Below are positions 20,741-30,919 of a stretch of DNA of 62,084 nucleotides, one piece after another. The notes under the pieces were generated by a model that searched no databases, was not told where the DNA came from, and saw nothing but the letters and a program-made list of their open reading frames with translations. This DNA is from Eubacteriales bacterium (GTDB lineage Bacteria; Bacillota; Clostridia; Oscillospirales; CAG-272). Location of the stretch: contig JAZORD010000018.1 of NCBI GenBank assembly GCA_045656445.1, forward strand, positions 1 to 62,084. The letters are read 5' to 3'. The position numbers and the translations under genes are program-made. The number at the start of each line of letters is the position of its first letter. The first letter of the stretch is position 1.

Positions 20741-21685
20741 TTAAATTTTTTCCGCTATTCTAAGCTTTGCGCTTCTTGAACGCGGATTGTTTGTTAATTC
20801 TTCGGTTGTGGGTAATATAGGTTTTTTTGTAATCTCCTTGATAGTAGGCTTCTTGCCGCAAACGCAAACAGGGAAATCTCTTGGGCAGGTGCATCCGGAT
20901 GAAAGCGAACGGTACGTTTGCTTTACTATTCTGTCTTCCAGTGAATGAAATGATATAATTGCTATTCTTCCTCCGGGGACGAGGGAATAGGAGGCGTCGG
21001 TTATCAGGGGCTCTATTACGTTAAGCTCGCCGTTAACCTCAATTCGTATTGCCTGGAAGGTTCTTTTTGCGGGATGAGGTCCGTCAGCTCTTGCCGCCTT
21101 AGGTATCGCCGCTTTTATCAGCTCGGTGAGCTCAAGGGTTGTTTTTATCGGCTTTTCAATTCTCGCTTTACATATTTCTGAGGCAATTTTCGGTGCAAAG
21201 CGCTCCTCACCGTATTCATATATTATCCTTTTCAGCTCAGCTTCTGAATATTCATTGATTATCTTGAACGCACTCAGCGGGGAATCTGTATCCATTCTCA
21301 TATCAAGCTCGGCATCGTGCATATAGCTAAATCCGCGTTCAGGAGTATCAAACTGATGAGAGCTGCAGCCAAGGTCTGCAAGAACTCCGCCAAGATTATC
21401 TATCCGAAGCTCGCGTATAACCGCCCCGAGATTCGAAAAGTCTTCATTTATAAACGTGACTCTGTCAAGGTAATCCTTTAGTCTTGCGCTTGCGGCTTTT
21501 ATAGCGCTCTTATCCTTATCAAAGCATATAAGACGAGAGTTTTTACCCATGCGATTTGCTATCTCAAGCGAATGACCGCCGCCGCCTGCGGTGCAGTCTA
21601 CGTAGGTATATCCATCTCTTATGTTTAATGCCTCAATGCACTCATAGAGCAAAACGGAGGTGTGCGAGAAGGCTATATCCGACAT
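20741..21685 (-). CDS. rsmH: 16S rRNA m4C1402 methyltransferase
   Basis: HTSVLL, DCTAGGGGHS, DLGCSSHQ, RGFSY, FHSLEDR, NPRSRSAKLR. Confidence 0.98.
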   Translation of the reverse strand: MSDIAFSHTSVLLYECIEALNIRDGYTYVDCTAGGGGHSLEIANRMGKNSRLICFDKDKSAIKAASARLKDYLDRVTFINEDFSNLGAVIRELRIDNLGGVLADLGCSSHQFDTPERGFSYMHDAELDMRMDTDSPLSAFKIINEYSEAELKRIIYEYGEERFAPKIASEICKARIEKPIKTTLELTELIKAAIPKAARADGPHPAKRTFQAIRIEVNGELNVIEPLITDASYSLVPGGRIAIISFHSLEDRIVKQTYRSLSSGCTCPRDFPVCVCGKKPTIKEITKKPILPTTEELTNNPRSRSAKLRIAEKI

Positions 21686-21703
21686 TACAGTGTCCTTTCA
21701 ATA

Positions 21704-22126
21704 TTAAAGTCCGTATTGACGCATAATTTCACGCATCTTATCGTAGTTGCGGTTCTGCTCGCGCTCGTTCCAAGCTTCCTCAGCCCAGATACGTATTTGC
21801 TTTCCAGAGCCGACAAAAACTATATTTTTCTCAATTCTCGCGTGCTTAAGGAGCCTGTCCTCAAGGATTATTCTGCCGCTTGCATCAGGCGTGCATTTCT
21901 GCGCTGCGCCGAGAATAAAGTCCTGAAATTCATCTGCGTCTGCTTCGGGGAGCTTGGAAATCTTGTCCACGTAAGCTTCCCATTCCTCTGCCGTATATAT
22001 CGAGAGGTAAGCATCAAATTTTCGTGTTATGTAAAACTCGTCGCCTAGGTCATCGCGAAACTTAGACGGAACAAAGACGCGCTTTTTGGAATCTAGGGTA
22101 TGTGTGTATGAACCCACGAATGACAT
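21704..22126 (-). CDS. mraZ: Division/cell-wall cluster repressor MraZ
   Basis: DSKKRVFVP and DASGRI repeats; ATG 22126 after AAGGAGG. Confidence 0.95.
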   Translation of the reverse strand: MSFVGSYTHTLDSKKRVFVPSKFRDDLGDEFYITRKFDAYLSIYTAEEWEAYVDKISKLPEADADEFQDFILGAAQKCTPDASGRIILEDRLLKHARIEKNIVFVGSGKQIRIWAEEAWNEREQNRNYDKMREIMRQYGL

Positions 22127-22153
22127 ATTCTTACCTCCTTTTAGTAATTCAAG

Positions 22154-22227
22154 TGCACTTTTGTGGAAAAACGCCCCACTTCGACCCACTTTGATATTAT
22201 TATAGTACACATCTGCGTAAAAATCAA
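22154..22227 (-). promoter_or_regulatory. mraZ sigma-A promoter and MraZ-binding repeats
   Basis: TTGATT-N17-TATAAT (22227-22199); two AAGTGGG repeats at 10-bp spacing (22175-22191). Confidence 0.7.
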
Positions 22228-22343
22228 TAGTTTTTTGAAAAAAATTCAAAAAAATTTTTCAACCTGCTAAAAAAGCGTAAAAGCTCTTCCATTTTTTCTT
22301 TTTTTGTGCTAGAATAGATATAGTTTTACGCGAGGTAACATAA

Positions 22344-22682
22344 ATGTCTTTTTTTAGCAAACTGTTTGGACTTGATAAAAAAGCAGATAGCTATGCATTT
22401 CGCCTTGAACGCGCAAAATCCTTGCATGGAAAGGTGATAAGATACGTTACGGAAAATAAAGACGGAAACGAAGACGTTATAGGCAGGGGCGGAGCGCTTT
22501 GCTTCCATGGCGACGAGTTCATCGTTGACTCATCGGGTGACAGACTTTTTTCCTGTAACGTACGAGACCTTGAAGCAAGCTATCTAATGAGCGGTGACGG
22601 TGTCGTAATAAAGGGTCCGGATTCTTTAAACGGCAGAGAGTTTCGTATTATAACCGTTCATTTCGTTTATTACAGAAAGTAG
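22344..22682 (+). CDS. Hypothetical protein (112 aa)
   Basis: GAGG RBS; protein-like composition; upstream of ispD. Confidence 0.75.
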   Translation: MSFFSKLFGLDKKADSYAFRLERAKSLHGKVIRYVTENKDGNEDVIGRGGALCFHGDEFIVDSSGDRLFSCNVRDLEASYLMSGDGVVIKGPDSLNGREFRIITVHFVYYRK

Positions 22683-22706
22683 TTTTGGAAGGCGGGAATT
22701 TTGAAT

Positions 22707-23393
22707 ATGTCTTATCGTGTTACCGCTATAATTTTAGCGGCAGGAAGCGGAAGCCGTATGAATATTAACGTAACAAAGCAGAAAATCCTCATAGGCGGCG
22801 AGAGCGTTTTGCGCCGAACGGTGCGAACCTTCAACGAATGCTCCGTTATTAACTCTATTGTGGTTATCGTAAGGTCTGATGAGGTGGATTTCGCAAATGA
22901 AGAGCTATCCGGCTTCAATAAAGTGAAAAAAATTGCAATAGGCGGCGCCTCTCGGCTCGAATCCGCAAGGATTGGATTTGATTTGGCGTACAGTAGCGCA
23001 GATTATGTTGCTATACATGATGCGGCGCGTTGCTTCGTTACCGATGAAATAATAAAAGCCGTGGTTTCTGATGCTGTAAAATATCGAGCAGCAACCGCAG
23101 CTTCTGTTGTGACGGATACCGTAAAAACAGTAGATAAGGACGGATGTATTACCGGAACTGTTGACAGAAGCAAGCTGATGATGGTTCAAACTCCCCAGGT
23201 ATTTGACACTGAGATATATAAAAAAGCTATATCCTGTGCAGCTCCCGAAGATGAAACAATAACCGATGACAATATGTTGGTTGAGCGTATTGGAGGGAAG
23301 GTGCACTGCACTGATACTGGAAAGTATAATATAAAGCTTACACACAAGGAAGACCTTGATTACGCAACTTTTTTATTGCACGGAGAAAAATAA
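22707..23393 (+). CDS. ispD: MEP cytidylyltransferase
   Basis: [31 protein letters not shown]; start could be TTG 22701. Confidence 0.95.
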   Translation: MSYRVTAIILAAGSGSRMNINVTKQKILIGGESVLRRTVRTFNECSVINSIVVIVRSDEVDFANEELSGFNKVKKIAIGGASRLESARIGFDLAYSSADYVAIHDAARCFVTDEIIKAVVSDAVKYRAATAASVVTDTVKTVDKDGCITGTVDRSKLMMVQTPQVFDTEIYKKAISCAAPEDETITDDNMLVERIGGKVHCTDTGKYNIKLTHKEDLDYATFLLHGEK

Positions 23394-23896
23394 TGGCAGA
23401 TTTCAGAATAGGTCACGGTTACGACGTTCATCGTCTTGTTGAAGGAACACGTCTTATACTTGGAGGAGTTGAGATTCCTCACACGCTGGGTCTTCTTGGT
23501 CATTCGGATGCCGACGTGCTTTTGCACGCTATAATGGATGCTATTTTAGGCGCCCTCGGCGAAGGAGATATAGGGCGTCACTTTCCCGACACATCCGACG
23601 AGTTTAAGAATATTTCAAGCATGAATCTTCTAATGAAGATAAGCGATATAATGAATCACCGTAACGCAAAAATTGTAAATATAGATTCAACCCTCGTGCT
23701 TCAGAAGCCGAAGGTTGCGTCGTATATAGACAAAATGAAACATAATATAGCTTTTGCTCTCGGATGTGAGCCATCAGCAGTAAATGTTAAAGCCACCACA
23801 GAGGAACACCTTGGATTTACCGGGCGCGAGGAGGGCGTTTCCGCTCATTCCGTTGTTCTTCTTGAAATAGAAAATAAGGCACCTCACTTGCTATAG
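23393..23896 (+). CDS. ispF: MECDP synthase
   Basis: [30 protein letters not shown]. Confidence 0.98.
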   Translation: MADFRIGHGYDVHRLVEGTRLILGGVEIPHTLGLLGHSDADVLLHAIMDAILGALGEGDIGRHFPDTSDEFKNISSMNLLMKISDIMNHRNAKIVNIDSTLVLQKPKVASYIDKMKHNIAFALGCEPSAVNVKATTEEHLGFTGREEGVSAHSVVLLEIENKAPHLL

Positions 23897-23992
23897 TGAG
23901 ATGCCAATCAAAAGGCGAGCGGGCATAACAAATACCGAGGCACATCCTGTTCTTTAATGTCGATGCTATGCCTTACGCCGAGACTTTGTCTC
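23871..23992 (-). ncRNA. Candidate structured sRNA, family not recognised
   Basis: Three stem-loops whose G-U wobbles and U tail occur only on the minus strand. Confidence 0.5.
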
Positions 23993-24056
23993 CATATTAT
24001 AATATGTAATAAAAAAACAGTTGACACAGTTATTTACAAAACGAAAGGATAATATT

Positions 24057-24701
24057 ATGGTAAAAATTTCACCGTCAGCGCTTGCGTGCGACTTGACAAA
24101 GCTTGGAGAGGAAATTAATGAAATAGAAAGGGCGGGAGCAGATATGATCCATCTTGACGTGATGGACGGAGTTTTCGTTCCCAATAGCTCATTCGGGCTT
24201 GCAGTTCTTGAGGCTCTACGTAAAAAAAGCAAAATGTTTTTTGACGTTCATCTTATGATAGATAAACCGGAAAAATATATTGAAAGATATATTACTGAGT
24301 GCGGAGCTGACCTAGTTACGTTTCATCTTGAAGCAACCGATATTCCTGATGAGTGTCTTGAAATGATAAAAAAGCATGGAAAGCTCGCAGCCGTATCAAT
24401 TAAGCCCAAAACCCCTATCGAGGCAGTTTATCCCTATCTTGACAGATGCGATATGGTGCTTATAATGACGGTTGAGCCCGGATTTGGCGGTCAGTCCTTT
24501 ATGCCGGATATGCTCGAAAAGGTAAGAGCGCTCCGCGCTGAGATTGAGCGCCGCGGTCTTGATATTGACATTCAGGTTGACGGTGGAATCAACGGTCAAA
24601 CCTCGAAGCTCGCAGTTTCAGCAGGCGCTAACGTTCTCGTTGCGGGAAGCGCAGTTTTTAACGCTCCCGACAGGTGTGCTGCGATACAGGCTCTACGTTA
24701 A
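24057..24701 (+). CDS. rpe: Ribulose-phosphate 3-epimerase
   Basis: HLDVMDGVFVPN, DVHLM, MTVEPGFGGQ, VDGG, VAGSA. Confidence 0.98.
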   Translation: MVKISPSALACDLTKLGEEINEIERAGADMIHLDVMDGVFVPNSSFGLAVLEALRKKSKMFFDVHLMIDKPEKYIERYITECGADLVTFHLEATDIPDECLEMIKKHGKLAAVSIKPKTPIEAVYPYLDRCDMVLIMTVEPGFGGQSFMPDMLEKVRALRAEIERRGLDIDIQVDGGINGQTSKLAVSAGANVLVAGSAVFNAPDRCAAIQALR

Positions 24702-24707
24702 GTGTAT

Positions 24708-24741
24708 AAAAAGTGGGACTCACCAAAAAGTCCCACTTTTT
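24708..24741. terminator. Bidirectional terminator between rpe and ruvB
   Basis: AAAAAGTGGGACT/AGTCCCACTTTTT. Confidence 0.85.
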
Positions 24742-24756
24742 ATATTCTGATTTGTT

Positions 24757-25836
24757 TTAATTATCTAAATCCATCATTTTTTGTCCGTCAACTTGAGCTC
24801 CGTTTACGCCTGCAACAAATGGAATACCGAGATGCTCATACGCAAGTCTTGTTGTACATCTACCTCTTGGCGTACGGGCGAGAAATCCTATTTGCATAAG
24901 GTAAGGCTCGTATACGTCCTCTATAGTTATCGATTCTTCACCTATTGTTGCCGCAAGAGTATCAAGTCCGACAGGACCGCCGGAATAATACTTAATTATT
25001 GCTTCCAGCATTCTTCTGTCTATATTGTCGAGCCCAAGCTCGTCAATTTCAAGCGCCTCAAGCGCGTGAGTGGCAATTTCCGAGGTAATAGTTCCGTCAC
25101 CCTTAACGAGAGCAAAATCACGTATTCTCTTAAGGAGCCTGTTGGCTATTCTCGGCGTTCCTCTTGAGCGTGAGGCGATGGAAAGCGCACCGTCATCGGT
25201 AATCGGAATATTTAAAATATCGGCAGACCTTTTAACTATCTGTGAAAGCTCCTCCGGTGTATAAAGCTCAAGCTTGAGAAGAACACCGAATCTATCTCTT
25301 AACGGAGTTGTAAGCTGACCTGCGCGTGTTGTAGCTCCAATTAGTGTAAATTTAGGTATTGGAAGTCTTATAGAGCGCGCACTGGGACCCTTTCCGATAA
25401 TAATATCGAGTGCATAGTCCTCCATTGCCGGATAAAGTATTTCTTCAACAGCCCGTGAAAGTCTATGTATTTCGTCAATAAAAAGAACGTCGCCTTCCGC
25501 GAGATTTGTAAGTATAGCGGCAAGATCTCCTTGCTTTTCGATAGCAGGTCCAGAGGTTGTTCTTATATTTACGCCCATTTCGTTTGCAATTATTGAGGAA
25601 AGGGTGGTTTTTCCAAGACCGGGAGGACCGTAAAGAAGCACGTGGTCAAGGGCTTCTCCGCGCATCTTTGCGCTTTCTATGTATACCGAAAGGTTAGATT
25701 TCGCCTTTTCTTGTCCGATGTATTCTGACAAGTTTTTTGGGCGGAGCGAGTTCTCAACCTCGGCATCCTGCGAAGAATTATATTCGCTTGATATGATTCG
25801 GTTTTCAAAATCAAATTCATTTGACTGCTCGATCAT
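24757..25836 (-). CDS. ruvB: Holliday junction branch-migration ATPase
   Basis: [38 protein letters not shown]. Confidence 0.99.
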   Translation of the reverse strand: MIEQSNEFDFENRIISSEYNSSQDAEVENSLRPKNLSEYIGQEKAKSNLSVYIESAKMRGEALDHVLLYGPPGLGKTTLSSIIANEMGVNIRTTSGPAIEKQGDLAAILTNLAEGDVLFIDEIHRLSRAVEEILYPAMEDYALDIIIGKGPSARSIRLPIPKFTLIGATTRAGQLTTPLRDRFGVLLKLELYTPEELSQIVKRSADILNIPITDDGALSIASRSRGTPRIANRLLKRIRDFALVKGDGTITSEIATHALEALEIDELGLDNIDRRMLEAIIKYYSGGPVGLDTLAATIGEESITIEDVYEPYLMQIGFLARTPRGRCTTRLAYEHLGIPFVAGVNGAQVDGQKMMDLDN

Positions 25837-25894
25837 TTAAAGCTCCTTTTCGTGATAAACTGAGACGGTGCAAAAGGTTTTCACGGTTTTTATT

Positions 25895-26506
25895 TTATCT
25901 TCCGGCAAGCTTTTTTAGCGCCGCCTTTATAAGCTCGCCAACCTCTGTGCCTTGCGTATCCATTCCGCGAAGCACTCCGAGAACTGTATTTTTGTCGTAC
26001 CCTAGCACCATAAGCGCCTCTGCAGCCTCAGAAAGCGAGGAGTTAATAGGTGCTGCCGTGGATTTCAGGGTTTCGCTTTTCGATCCGGCACTCATCATAT
26101 CCTTTGAGATTTTATCTTTAAGCTCAAGAACGATTCTAGCGGCAGTTTTTGCGCCGATACCTTGGGCCTTTGATATCGCTTTTATATCCTCGGTGCATAT
26201 AGCGAGAGAAAAATTATCCGGTGTAAGAGTTGATAGAATGCTCATAGCAGCCTTAGGACCGACACCGCTGACGCTTATGAGCTGATTAAAGCAGGCTCGC
26301 TCTTCGTTTGATGAAAAGCCAAACAGTTCAATCCCGTCCTCTCTTACGGCAAGATATGTATAGAGCTTAACCTGTTGATTCATTTTATTAACAAGCGAAT
26401 CCGAGGTAGTAAGGCTTACTGTGAGCTTATATCCGACTCCACCGCAATCTATTACGCAGGTGCTGGCATCTCTGTATTCAAGGTTTCCGTTCAAATAGTA
26501 AAACAT
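25895..26506 (-). CDS. ruvA: Holliday junction DNA-binding protein
   Basis: GGVGY, VRED, VSGVGPK, GIGAKTA, EALMVLGY. Confidence 0.97.
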   Translation of the reverse strand: MFYYLNGNLEYRDASTCVIDCGGVGYKLTVSLTTSDSLVNKMNQQVKLYTYLAVREDGIELFGFSSNEERACFNQLISVSGVGPKAAMSILSTLTPDNFSLAICTEDIKAISKAQGIGAKTAARIVLELKDKISKDMMSAGSKSETLKSTAAPINSSLSEAAEALMVLGYDKNTVLGVLRGMDTQGTEVGELIKAALKKLAGR

Positions 26507-26523
26507 ATATATTTCCTATACCT

Positions 26524-26733
26524 CTAATTTTGATTATCGTTTTGGGATGCCGGAATGACTTTTTTTATCATTTTTTCGAGCTTTTCGCGCGGAAGAGTAA
26601 GGTCACGGCGGCATTTTGTGCATATTATCCTGACGTCACTTCCGCCGCGCATTACTCGAAATACATCACAGTCGCACGGGTGCTTTTTCTTTAGCTTAAG
26701 GTCGTCGCCCGCAGCAAAGTGAATTATAGCCAT
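26524..26733 (-). CDS. DUF951 (YyzM-like) small protein
   Basis: GD..KLKKKHPC.C...R.GSD.RI.C.KC.R; GGAGG RBS before ATG 26733. Confidence 0.85.
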   Translation of the reverse strand: MAIIHFAAGDDLKLKKKHPCDCDVFRVMRGGSDVRIICTKCRRDLTLPREKLEKMIKKVIPASQNDNQN

Positions 26734-26909
26734 AGCGTCCTCCAATACCCTTAATAATATAATTATAACATATCTTTATTTAAAAGTAAAGGTGGCGAAA
26801 TGGTTTTTTATTAATTTTTACACCTCTATTATTAACACACTCTTGTTGACAAATTTTTTCCATTGTGTTATACTTATATGTTGTATAAATATTTTATTTT
26901 TGAGGGCAT

Positions 26910-27407
26910 ATGATAATACTTGGCATAGACCCGGGACTTGCCATCGTTGGATGGGGAGTTGTGGAAAGTATAAACGGTCAGGTTCGACCGATAGCCTACG
27001 GAGCAATCAAAACTCCGGCACACACGAAAACAGAATCAAGATTACTTACCATACAAAATGACCTTGAAACCATTATAGAAAAATATAAACCCGATGAAAT
27101 GGCTGTCGAGGAGCTTTTCTTTAATACAAATATAACTACTGCAATAACTGTGGCGGAGGCTCGCGGTGTCATTATCTGCACAGCGCATAAACTGGGAGTT
27201 AAGGTAAGTGAATATACTCCGCTTCAGGTCAAACAAGCGGTCGTAGGGTACGGAAAGGCAGAGAAGCATCAGGTAATCGCAATGGTTACGTCCATTCTTA
27301 AACTGAAAAATCCGCCCAAACCGGATGATACTGCGGATGCTGTGGCTATTGCAATATGTCACGCGCAGTGCCGAGGCTCTGCTATGGGCAAATATTTTAA
27401 CCGATGA
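26910..27407 (+). CDS. ruvC: Holliday junction resolvase
   Basis: ILGIDPGLA, EELFF, EYTPLQVK, PDDTADAVAIA. Confidence 0.98.
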   Translation: MIILGIDPGLAIVGWGVVESINGQVRPIAYGAIKTPAHTKTESRLLTIQNDLETIIEKYKPDEMAVEELFFNTNITTAITVAEARGVIICTAHKLGVKVSEYTPLQVKQAVVGYGKAEKHQVIAMVTSILKLKNPPKPDDTADAVAIAICHAQCRGSAMGKYFNR

Positions 27408-27419
27408 TTAGGAGTATCT

Positions 27420-28283
27420 ATGTGGATAGCAAATAAGTGGCAGGATTATACGGTTCTTGACACCTCAGACGGAGAAAAGCTTGAGATGTGGGGCAAATAC
27501 AGCCTTATAAGACCTGACCCGCAGGTTATATGGAAAACCGAAAAGAAAAATCCCCTTTGGAAGCGTGCGGATGCAAGCTATAAAAGAAGCCGTTCAGGTG
27601 GGGGCGCGTGGAGCGAAAATAAGCTCCCTGAATCCTGGAATATACGATACGGTGACCTCACCTTTCAGATAAAGCCTATGGGATTCAAGCATACCGGGCT
27701 TTTTCCTGAGCAAGCTGCTAACTGGGATTGGTTTCGTTCTCTCATCGAAAACGCGAAAAGGCCGATAAGCGTGCTCAATCTGTTTGCTTATACCGGCGGC
27801 GCAACGGTTGCTGCGGCGAAGGCCGGGGCGTCGGTTTGCCATGTTGACGCATCAAAGGGAATGGTAGCTGCAGCAAAGGAAAACGCAAGACTTTCGGCTC
27901 TTTCCGATGCCCCCATACGTTACATAGTTGACGATTGCAAAAAGTTCATAGAACGCGAGATAAGACGCGGCAGAAAGTATGATGCGATAATTATGGACCC
28001 TCCGTCATACGGCAGAGGTCCTACCGGAGAGATATGGAAAATAGAGGAAAACATCGACGATTTTGTTGCTCTTAGTGCTAGGGTGCTATCCGATACACCA
28101 TTGTTTTTTCTCTTAAATTCATATACAACAGGGCATTCGGCGTCTACTATGAAATACATAACAGATACGCGCCTTTTATCAAAATGGCGAGGCGTTAGTG
28201 AGGCGGACGAGCTTGGCTTACCTGTAAAGGAAACTTCGCTTGCGTTGCCTTGCGGATCAAGTGTGCGCGTAGTATTCAAATAA
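27420..28283 (+). CDS. Class I SAM-dependent methyltransferase (RlmI/YwbD-related)
   Basis: HTGLFPEQ, VLNLFAYTGG, DPPSYG. Confidence 0.85.
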   Translation: MWIANKWQDYTVLDTSDGEKLEMWGKYSLIRPDPQVIWKTEKKNPLWKRADASYKRSRSGGGAWSENKLPESWNIRYGDLTFQIKPMGFKHTGLFPEQAANWDWFRSLIENAKRPISVLNLFAYTGGATVAAAKAGASVCHVDASKGMVAAAKENARLSALSDAPIRYIVDDCKKFIEREIRRGRKYDAIIMDPPSYGRGPTGEIWKIEENIDDFVALSARVLSDTPLFFLLNSYTTGHSASTMKYITDTRLLSKWRGVSEADELGLPVKETSLALPCGSSVRVVFK

Positions 28284-28310
28284 ATTCTCGTAAAGAGGTA
28301 TCCTTAAAAA

Positions 28311-29213
28311 GTGGAAAATAACTGTATTATTAAAACCGAAAATTTAAATTTCTCATATTTTGACGGCTCTGATTCACAAACAGAGTCGAAAGCCGAGATA
28401 CCGGCGCTTAGGGATGTAAGCATTGAGGTGCGCCGCGGAGAATATATAGCAATCCTCGGCCATAACGGCTCGGGAAAATCAACGTTTGCTAAGCTGTTAA
28501 ACGTTATTCTGACTCCAACCTCCGGTAAAATATATATTGACGGAATTGATATTACTAATCCCGATTTTTCTGAGGACGACGTCTTTAATATACGACAAAA
28601 AGTCGGTATGGTCTTTCAAAACCCCGATAACCAGCTCGTAGCAACGGTTGTTGAAGAGGACGTTGCCTTCGGTCCGGAAAACCTAGGACTTTCACGGGAG
28701 GAAATACGCAGGAGAGTCAACAGCTCGCTTTCGCTCGTTGGTATGACCGACTATGCTCATCACGCGCCTCATAAGCTTTCAGGCGGTCAAAAGCAGAGGG
28801 TTGCAATCGCTGGAATCATAGCTATGAAGCCTGAGGTTATCATATTTGACGAATCTACTGCTATGCTCGACCCCCTCGGTCGAAAAGATGTTATAAGCAT
28901 TATGGAAAAGCTTCATAGCGAGGAGGGTATTACCGTAATAAATATCACTCATTATATGGATGAGGCGGCAAGAGCTGACAGAGTCATTGTCATAGACGAC
29001 GGGATGATTAGACTTGACGGAACAGCAAAAGAGGTGTTCTCAAACGTCGAGCTTCTCAGGAAGATGGGACTTGAAGCTCCACAAGGTCTAGAATTAGTGC
29101 ATGAGCTTCGTACTCTTGGATGCGACATTCAGGGTGCGGTTCTTACAGAGGACGAATGCACCGCAGCGCTTACAAAATTTTTGAAGGAAATCAGAATAGA
29201 TGAACGTAATTGA
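28311..29213 (+). CDS. ecfA1: ECF transporter ATPase A1
   Basis: GHNGSGKST, FQNPDNQ, LSGGQKQR, DESTAMLDP. Confidence 0.92.
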   Translation: MENNCIIKTENLNFSYFDGSDSQTESKAEIPALRDVSIEVRRGEYIAILGHNGSGKSTFAKLLNVILTPTSGKIYIDGIDITNPDFSEDDVFNIRQKVGMVFQNPDNQLVATVVEEDVAFGPENLGLSREEIRRRVNSSLSLVGMTDYAHHAPHKLSGGQKQRVAIAGIIAMKPEVIIFDESTAMLDPLGRKDVISIMEKLHSEEGITVINITHYMDEAARADRVIVIDDGMIRLDGTAKEVFSNVELLRKMGLEAPQGLELVHELRTLGCDIQGAVLTEDECTAALTKFLKEIRIDERN

Positions 29214-30060
29214 AATTAAGGGTGTTTCTTACGTATATAGCAAAGGAACACCGTTTCAGAAAATTGCTCTTAATAATATCAACGTTTCCTTCGAAAAAGG
29301 AAAAATTACCGGACTCATAGGTCATACCGGCTCAGGCAAATCAACACTTGTAAATCTGTTGAACGGACTTTACCGTCCTACTGAGGGAAAGGTGTATCTT
29401 GACGGAGTTGATATATGGGAGAAACCAAAGGAAATAGGTAAAATCAGGTATCGCGTAGGTCTTGTGATGCAATATCCAGAATATCAGCTTTTTGATGAAA
29501 CCGTGCGTATGGATATCGCCTTCGCTCCCAAAAACCAAGGGCTTTCGGACGAAGAGATAAACGCCCGAGTTGACGAAGCTGCGCGCTTTACGGGAATAAG
29601 CGAGGATATGCTTGATAAATCTCCGTTTGAGCTTTCCGGAGGACAAAAGCGCCGCGCGGCAATAGCGGGCATATTGGCAATGCGTCCTGACGTTTTGGTG
29701 CTGGATGAGCCTGCAGCGGGTCTTGACCCAAGAGGTAGGAGAGAGATACTCGGAGGACTTTCAGAATACGTCAAGCAAAGGGAAGCGTCGATAATCCTCG
29801 TCAGTCACTCTATGGAGGATATGGCTCACTACTGTGATAATGTTGTCGTTATGAACAACGCAGAGGTTTACAAAACAGGAAGCGTCGACGAGGTCTTTTC
29901 GGATGCGGATTCTCTTTCGAAAATCGGTCTTGACGTTCCCGTGGTTGCAAAAATTGCGGCAAGACTTCGCAATGAGGGCATAGCTCTTACCGGAAAGCTT
30001 TATACGGTAGAGGGTGTAAAGGATGCGATAATGAGGTATATCGGGAGGGATGGGAAATGA
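29200..30060 (+). CDS. ecfA2: ECF transporter ATPase A2
   Basis: GTPF, GHTGSGKST, QYPEYQLF, SPFELSGGQ, DEPAAGLDP. Confidence 0.92.
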   Translation: MNVIEIKGVSYVYSKGTPFQKIALNNINVSFEKGKITGLIGHTGSGKSTLVNLLNGLYRPTEGKVYLDGVDIWEKPKEIGKIRYRVGLVMQYPEYQLFDETVRMDIAFAPKNQGLSDEEINARVDEAARFTGISEDMLDKSPFELSGGQKRRAAIAGILAMRPDVLVLDEPAAGLDPRGRREILGGLSEYVKQREASIILVSHSMEDMAHYCDNVVVMNNAEVYKTGSVDEVFSDADSLSKIGLDVPVVAKIAARLRNEGIALTGKLYTVEGVKDAIMRYIGRDGK

Positions 30061-30917
30061 TTTCCGATATTACTTTAGGTCAGTTTTTTCCTGGATTTTC
30101 ACCGCTTCACAAGCTTGACCCGAGAACAAAAATAATACTTGCAATTCTTTTTATTGTTGCGGTTTTTCTCGCAAACAATCCGCTTACCTTTTTGTTTTTG
30201 CTCGTGATGACGGGTGTGTTGGTTGCAATAAGCAGAATTTCCTTTCGCGTGGTTTTAAGGGGTATAAAGCCGATATTTTTTATATTGATTTTTACCACCG
30301 TTATCAATGTCTTTTTGACAGAGGGTGTTGGCGAGCCGCTTCTTGACTTTTGGGTAATTGAGATATACAAAGAGGGAATTATAAAGGCTGTTTTTATGTC
30401 GCTGAGGGTTATAATTCTCATCATAGGCACAAGCATGTTCCTCACCTATACCACCTCTCCCATATCTTTAACAGACGGTATCGAATCTCTCCTCAAGCCA
30501 CTTAAGAAAATAGGTGTTCCCGTCCATCTTTTCGCAATGATGATGACGATTGCTCTGCGCTTCATTCCGACTTTGGTTGAAGAAACTGAAAAGATAATGA
30601 ATGCACAGAAATCAAGAGGTGCGGATTTTACAAGCGGAAGCATAGTAAAGCGAGCAAAAGCGCTTATACCCCTTCTCGTTCCGCTTTTTGTGTCATCCTT
30701 TAAGAGAGCTGAAGAGTTGGCTACGGCGATGGAGTGCCGGTGTTACAGAGGCGATAAAAACAGAACTAAGTTTATTGAGCTCAAATATAAGGCTTTGGAC
30801 TTTGAGTGGATGTTTTTTTCTGCAGTGGTTTTTTCCGCTGTTATTCTTCTGCGCGTGCTTCCTTATAAATTTCCATTAGACGACGTTTTATATAACATGA
30901 TGTTTTACCGTATTTAA
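30057..30917 (+). CDS. ecfT: ECF transporter transmembrane component
   Basis: LHKLDPRTK, ALRFIP, AQKSRG, AMECRCY. Confidence 0.93.
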   Translation: MISDITLGQFFPGFSPLHKLDPRTKIILAILFIVAVFLANNPLTFLFLLVMTGVLVAISRISFRVVLRGIKPIFFILIFTTVINVFLTEGVGEPLLDFWVIEIYKEGIIKAVFMSLRVIILIIGTSMFLTYTTSPISLTDGIESLLKPLKKIGVPVHLFAMMMTIALRFIPTLVEETEKIMNAQKSRGADFTSGSIVKRAKALIPLLVPLFVSSFKRAEELATAMECRCYRGDKNRTKFIELKYKALDFEWMFFSAVVFSAVILLRVLPYKFPLDDVLYNMMFYRI

Positions 30918-30919
30918 TT

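Noticed and set aside
23985..24012. dif site for the XerC-like recombinase
   Set aside because: Only partial AT-rich similarity to the right arm of Firmicute dif; the left arm does not match
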